From an uncultured virus (IMG/VR IMGVR_UViG_3300027754_000074) (taxonomy: Duplodnaviria; Heunggongvirae; Uroviricota; Caudoviricetes): a stretch of 20,000 nt of DNA. Of this stretch, positions 16,279 through 20,000 are shown one piece after another (within the stretch, counting starts at the first letter, position 1; each line of letters begins with the position of its first letter). The notes under the pieces were generated by a model that was given only the letters and a program-made list of their open reading frames with translations, was not told the DNA's origin and ran no database searches. Where the stretch lies: IMG/VR virus record IMGVR_UViG_3300027754_000074; one strand, given 5' to 3'. Both the position numbers and the translations under genes were made by a program.

Positions 16279-16833
16279 GTGTTTCTGCTCCCGCTTACGG
16301 TCATGCCGAAGATCACGTCACCCTTTGGCGGGCGGTTCGATCCGTACTTCAAGAAGCAGCACATCCATAACGGGCTCGATATGGCCGTCCCCTCCGGTAC
16401 GCCTGTACTGGCGGCTGCGGCGGGTACGGTAGTCTCCGAGTGGACGGCGACGGCGGATGGGAAGGCGCAGCCGAACGGTAACGCCTTGAAAATCGATCAC
16501 GGCAACGGGTACGCGACCGCCTACCTGCACCTGTCCTCGAAGGCGGTAGCGAAGGGGGCGACGGTGCGCGCCGGGCAGGTGATCGGCTACGTCGGGAGCA
16601 CGGGAGCGAGCACAGGCCCGCACCTGCACTTCATGGTGTACCAAAATGGGACGCCGGTGGATCCGAAGCCCTTTATTGTCTGGAGTGTCGGCACGCAGAT
16701 CGCCGGTGTCGCCCGGTCGGCAGCGATGACGTGGTGGGTATGGGCGGGTATCGCAGGGATAGGGCTTTTGGTCATTCTACGGGCTCGCGGGAACGCGGGC
16801 ACCCCGAAGCCTACCCCTACCTTCCCCGCTTGA
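16279..16833 (+). CDS. peptidase M23 family metalloendopeptidase with C-terminal TM anchor
   Basis: ITSPFG..R, HNGLD (HxxxD), YLHL, GSTGASTGPHLHF (HxH), VDP; then WWVWAGIAGIGLLVILRAR. Confidence 0.92.
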   Translation: MFLLPLTVMPKITSPFGGRFDPYFKKQHIHNGLDMAVPSGTPVLAAAAGTVVSEWTATADGKAQPNGNALKIDHGNGYATAYLHLSSKAVAKGATVRAGQVIGYVGSTGASTGPHLHFMVYQNGTPVDPKPFIVWSVGTQIAGVARSAAMTWWVWAGIAGIGLLVILRARGNAGTPKPTPTFPA

Positions 16834-16860
16834 CGCGCAAACCATTTTACCGGTACAAAT
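16830..16860 (+). promoter_or_regulatory. possible sigma70-like promoter
   Basis: TTGACGCGC (same 9-mer as at 447) and AT-rich GGTACAAAT shortly before ATG 16865, which has no clear RBS (possibly near-leaderless). Confidence 0.4.
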
Positions 16861-16864
16861 ATCC

Positions 16865-17575
16865 ATGCCTGTCCGTTACTACCTCTCCCCCCTGACCAAC
16901 CCGCTACCCCCCGGCGAACGCGAACGGCGGGCGCAGGAGCGCCGCGATTATTACATTGACCTGCGCGCCTCGGAAGCGGCCCGGAAAGCCCCCCGGATAG
17001 AAGACGCGATTTGTATACAATGTGGCACGGCGTTTCCGAAACGCGTCGGAGGGCGGGGCCGCCCGCCGGAGTATTGTAGCGAAGAGTGCCGGGAATTCAG
17101 CGCGGCGCTTACGATCCTCAAAAAGTGGGCCGAGCCTGTGGCGAAGCGGTCTACTGCGGCGGCGTGGTCGAGTGTCCGCACGGATCTTTGGTCGTTAGCC
17201 AACGCTGCGCCCGCGTTCCAGAAGGACATGGCCGCCCGCTCGAAAGCCCGCAAGGCGGAGATTGCCGCCGCGCAAGCTGCGGGCATTATTCCGAAGCGAG
17301 AAAAGCTAAAAGTTACGTTCGAGCTTGTTATCGGCGGAGCCCCGCTCGATAAGGTGTTTGATCGGAAGGCCGCCGCCGAAAAATACGCGGAAGCGTTCAC
17401 CGCAAAATACCCCGGAAAGGTCGTTGACGTTCGCACGACGCTCGGAAAGGAACGCAAATCCCGATGGTACAATGGCAAGAAGATTGAGCTATTGGATTCC
17501 TATGTTGAAATGCCCGGTCAACCGGACTTGCGGCGTAATCGCGGTCGCGGTCGCGGACGTGGGCGCGGTCGGTAG
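16865..17575 (+). CDS. Zn-finger protein (CxxC...YCSxxC) with RG-repeat tail
   Basis: CIQCGTAF...GRGRPPEYCSEECR; ends LRRNRGRGRGRGR. Confidence 0.75.
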   Translation: MPVRYYLSPLTNPLPPGERERRAQERRDYYIDLRASEAARKAPRIEDAICIQCGTAFPKRVGGRGRPPEYCSEECREFSAALTILKKWAEPVAKRSTAAAWSSVRTDLWSLANAAPAFQKDMAARSKARKAEIAAAQAAGIIPKREKLKVTFELVIGGAPLDKVFDRKAAAEKYAEAFTAKYPGKVVDVRTTLGKERKSRWYNGKKIELLDSYVEMPGQPDLRRNRGRGRGRGRGR

Positions 17576-18180
17576 TGGGCGCGCTCTCCGCTTCCATCGT
17601 CGGCGTGTCTGCGGACAAGCTGGCTTTTGTGGACTTGATCGAGCGCGAATTCGTGGCTGCGGGGTACTCGCTCCCGGTGGCCGCCGCCGCCGTGGTCAAC
17701 GCTTACGCGGAGAGTAGCCTAAACCCGCTCGCTGTCGGGGATAATGGGCGGTCGGTCGGTCTATTCCAACTGAATATCCGGGGCGCGGGCGCGGGAATGA
17801 CGACGGCGGCCCGGCAGGATCCGCTAACGAACGTGCGGACGCTGATCGCCCGTGAGCGGAGCGCGCTCGGCAAGGTGGCGGCGGGCGCTGCTGCGGGCGA
17901 GGGGATCCCCCGTCTCGCCGCCCTGTTCAGTACCTACGTCGAGCGCCCGGCGAACAAGGCGCTATCGGAATCGTACCGGAGCGCGCTCGCTTTCCGCCTG
18001 TTCCCGCTGGGGATACGGGCGGAGGTCGCCGCGCCTGACCGTAGCACGCCGGAGGCTACGAAACGTAGCACAAACACCGTTTTCCTATGGGGGCTCGCTG
18101 GGTTAGCCACCATCGGACTACTCTCCGCCGTCCTACGCGCTCGCAATCTCGCGGAGCGTGCTCCCCGCTCTGGAGCCTGA
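17575..18180 (+). CDS. lysozyme-like (phage tail lysozyme type) muralytic enzyme with C-terminal TM anchor
   Basis: AAAAVVNAYAESSLNPLAVGDNGRSVGLFQL (catalytic ES, GLFQ), later VERPA; C-terminal VFLWGLAGLATIGLLSAVLRAR. Confidence 0.8.
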   Translation: MGALSASIVGVSADKLAFVDLIEREFVAAGYSLPVAAAAVVNAYAESSLNPLAVGDNGRSVGLFQLNIRGAGAGMTTAARQDPLTNVRTLIARERSALGKVAAGAAAGEGIPRLAALFSTYVERPANKALSESYRSALAFRLFPLGIRAEVAAPDRSTPEATKRSTNTVFLWGLAGLATIGLLSAVLRARNLAERAPRSGA

Positions 18181-20000
18181 CCCCTTGCAAGCCTTGATCG
18201 TCGCCGTGCTCCCGATGCTGATTAGCGCGCTCAGTAGCGTGCTGGGGAAGAGCGTTTCCGAATTCAACGCGCTACCGCGTAGCGAGCGCCCGGCGAAGCT
18301 CCGGGCCGTTCTGCGCTCCAAATGGATGTGGACAAACCCGCCCGCAGCTATCGCGGCGCGGGCGCTGGCCGCGACCGACGCGGGCGTAAACGCGGCGGTC
18401 AATGCGCTTGAAAAGTACGGCGCGGGGGCGGTCGCCGCCGGAACCGAAGCGGCGCACGCCGCCGCCGAAAAACACCTCACTAAGAACCCTCGCTCCGGAG
18501 GCCGCATGGCCCGCGTCCGTATCGCCCCGTCTATCCCGTCCTACGCCCTCGACCGCCTCGACGTGACCCGCGCCCGGCGGAACGGCGCGCACGTTTCGCC
18601 CGATACTCTGACCACGCTAAACGTCGGGGATCGCTTCGTTATTCGGGACGAAGATAGCCCGGATCGGGATTCGCTTCCATACACCGTGACGTATCGCAAG
18701 TTTGACGATGTGAAGGCGGAGACGATTACCGGCGGAAGCGTAAAGCTCTTCGCGGACGGGGCTACCGTAGCCATTCAGGGCAAGCGTGGCACCCGTACCG
18801 TCTACAGTATCCGCCGCGTCAACGGAGCCCGCAAAAACGGCTACTCCCGCCGCCGTAACTGCGGCGGGGATTGTGCCTGTGCGCCGTGTCAGGCCCGGTC
18901 GAACCCGGATCCGTTCGCCGCCGTCCGTCGCGCTATCGAAAAAGAGGTAGCCCGATTCGTTGAAAACGGCGGGGGCTTCGGTCAACGTAAGCTCATGGAT
19001 GCCGCGTACCGCGTCGAAAAAAAGCATTGGACATTGACGGGCGAGACGCTTCCCGTCGAGGCGGTCGTCGCCGAAATCAACGCCGCCCGCACCCGTGCCG
19101 AAGGGCTCCGGAGCGCGTACAACAAGCGAGCCCTGCACGCGGCGGAGCAGGCGTACCGCGACGAAATGCGCGGGCGGTCTTCGTACATGAATCCTCGCGC
19201 TCGCCGCAACGGAATGGGCACCGCCAAAGATACGACGATGCAGATTGAGCAGGCGGAACGGCTCATCGCGCAGGGAGACTTTGCGGGAGCCAAAAAACAC
19301 ATCGAAGCCGTCTACCAAGCGGCCCACGCGGCATGGCCGGCGAAGTGGGCGCAGGCTGCAATCCTCGACGTGAGCCTACTCCGGCGTGCTTGCGAGAAGG
19401 CAGGCGTTGCCATCGACCGCGTGAAATCAAACCCCCGCCACACCGCCGCTCGCCGCAACCACCATATCCGCGTCGGCGGCACGTTCTACACGCCGGGCGG
19501 GCGCATGGGGACGGTGCTCGCGGAGGCACGCGGCGGGTACTACCGGGTACGCTGGTCGGACGGCACGATGGGGAGCGTGCAGGATAGCGAAATGGCCGCC
19601 TACCCTACCGCCGGGAGCCGGGCGCGCACCAACGGAAAGAGCGATTACTACGCTATCGTGGTGGATATGGCAGGCAACGAGCACATGGTAGGCCCGATGG
19701 ATATGCGCGCCGCGCAGGATCGCGTCCGCGCCTTGGAGTCCAAGGGGATGCCCGATGGTTACGGCGGCCTCCGCCCGCTGAAGCGCGGGGCGGGACACAT
19801 CCGATCCGCTCAGGCGGTTATGTCTACCGCGCTGCTGAAGTACCGGAACCCCGGCACGCGCTCGAACGGGCGGAAGACGTTTCGTGTGCGCTTTCACTCC
19901 GCCGTAGGGCAAGGCTCCCGACTAAAGCAGGTTGTAGAGCGTTGGGGCGGAAAGGTCGGCGGGGGCGGAGTAGCTACGTTCTATGCTGCCGACGATGCCG
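18158..20000 (+). CDS. large modular polyprotein-like protein (partial, >600 aa) with [RK]xN[PG] linkers; not in the ORF track
   Basis: Hand translation finds no stop from GTG 18158 (alternatives TTG 18185, ATG 18215) to the window end; N-terminal hydrophobic segment, then roughly 55-100 aa modules separated by KNP, RRNG, RKNG, RSNP, MNP, KSNP, RTNG, RNP, RSNG. Confidence 0.85.
   Translation, partial: MLPALEPDPLQALIVAVLPMLISALSSVLGKSVSEFNALPRSERPAKLRAVLRSKWMWTNPPAAIAARALAATDAGVNAAVNALEKYGAGAVAAGTEAAHAAAEKHLTKNPRSGGRMARVRIAPSIPSYALDRLDVTRARRNGAHVSPDTLTTLNVGDRFVIRDEDSPDRDSLPYTVTYRKFDDVKAETITGGSVKLFADGATVAIQGKRGTRTVYSIRRVNGARKNGYSRRRNCGGDCACAPCQARSNPDPFAAVRRAIEKEVARFVENGGGFGQRKLMDAAYRVEKKHWTLTGETLPVEAVVAEINAARTRAEGLRSAYNKRALHAAEQAYRDEMRGRSSYMNPRARRNGMGTAKDTTMQIEQAERLIAQGDFAGAKKHIEAVYQAAHAAWPAKWAQAAILDVSLLRRACEKAGVAIDRVKSNPRHTAARRNHHIRVGGTFYTPGGRMGTVLAEARGGYYRVRWSDGTMGSVQDSEMAAYPTAGSRARTNGKSDYYAIVVDMAGNEHMVGPMDMRAAQDRVRALESKGMPDGYGGLRPLKRGAGHIRSAQAVMSTALLKYRNPGTRSNGRKTFRVRFHSAVGQGSRLKQVVERWGGKVGGGGVATFYAADDA

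Noticed and set aside
18617..19912. Track ORFs in the last 1.8 kb (minus strand and short plus strand)
   Set aside because: Better explained by the single uninterrupted plus-strand frame from 18158, which the track omits because it has no stop in the window
1..20000. tRNA, rRNA or known structured ncRNA
   Set aside because: Intergenic gaps are short and I see no cloverleaf or recognisable conserved RNA; a covariance-model search would be needed to exclude them

Overview
This GC-rich window is almost entirely + strand and tightly packed, with many overlapping stop/start codons. It reads as part of a bacterial virus genome. I see no terminase, portal, tail or replication gene. It holds about 13 proteins with C-terminal membrane anchors, a transglutaminase-like Cys hydrolase (GDCDD), a holin-like/M15 endolysin lysis block, membrane-anchored M23 and tail-lysozyme-type muralytic enzymes, a divergent ribbon-helix-helix regulator, a very basic repeat-bearing core-like protein and four beta-rich capsid-like proteins. 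This content fits a tailless, internal-membrane (jelly-roll capsid) virus; that is inference from gene content, not a database match. The most unusual signal is a recurring [R/K]-x-N-[P/G] peptide motif. It separates short unrelated modules in three apparent polyproteins (500-1105, 1111-2289 and an ORF missing from the track, 18158->20000) and forms tandem repeats in the core-like protein just upstream of the capsid candidate. In the first two genes the linkers are encoded by identical 30-32 bp DNA repeats that flank unrelated cassettes. Together this suggests a modular, recombinable virion-cargo or processing system. A second motif, aromatic-Gly ([YFW]G, often YGA), lies near the N-termini of the membrane and structural proteins.
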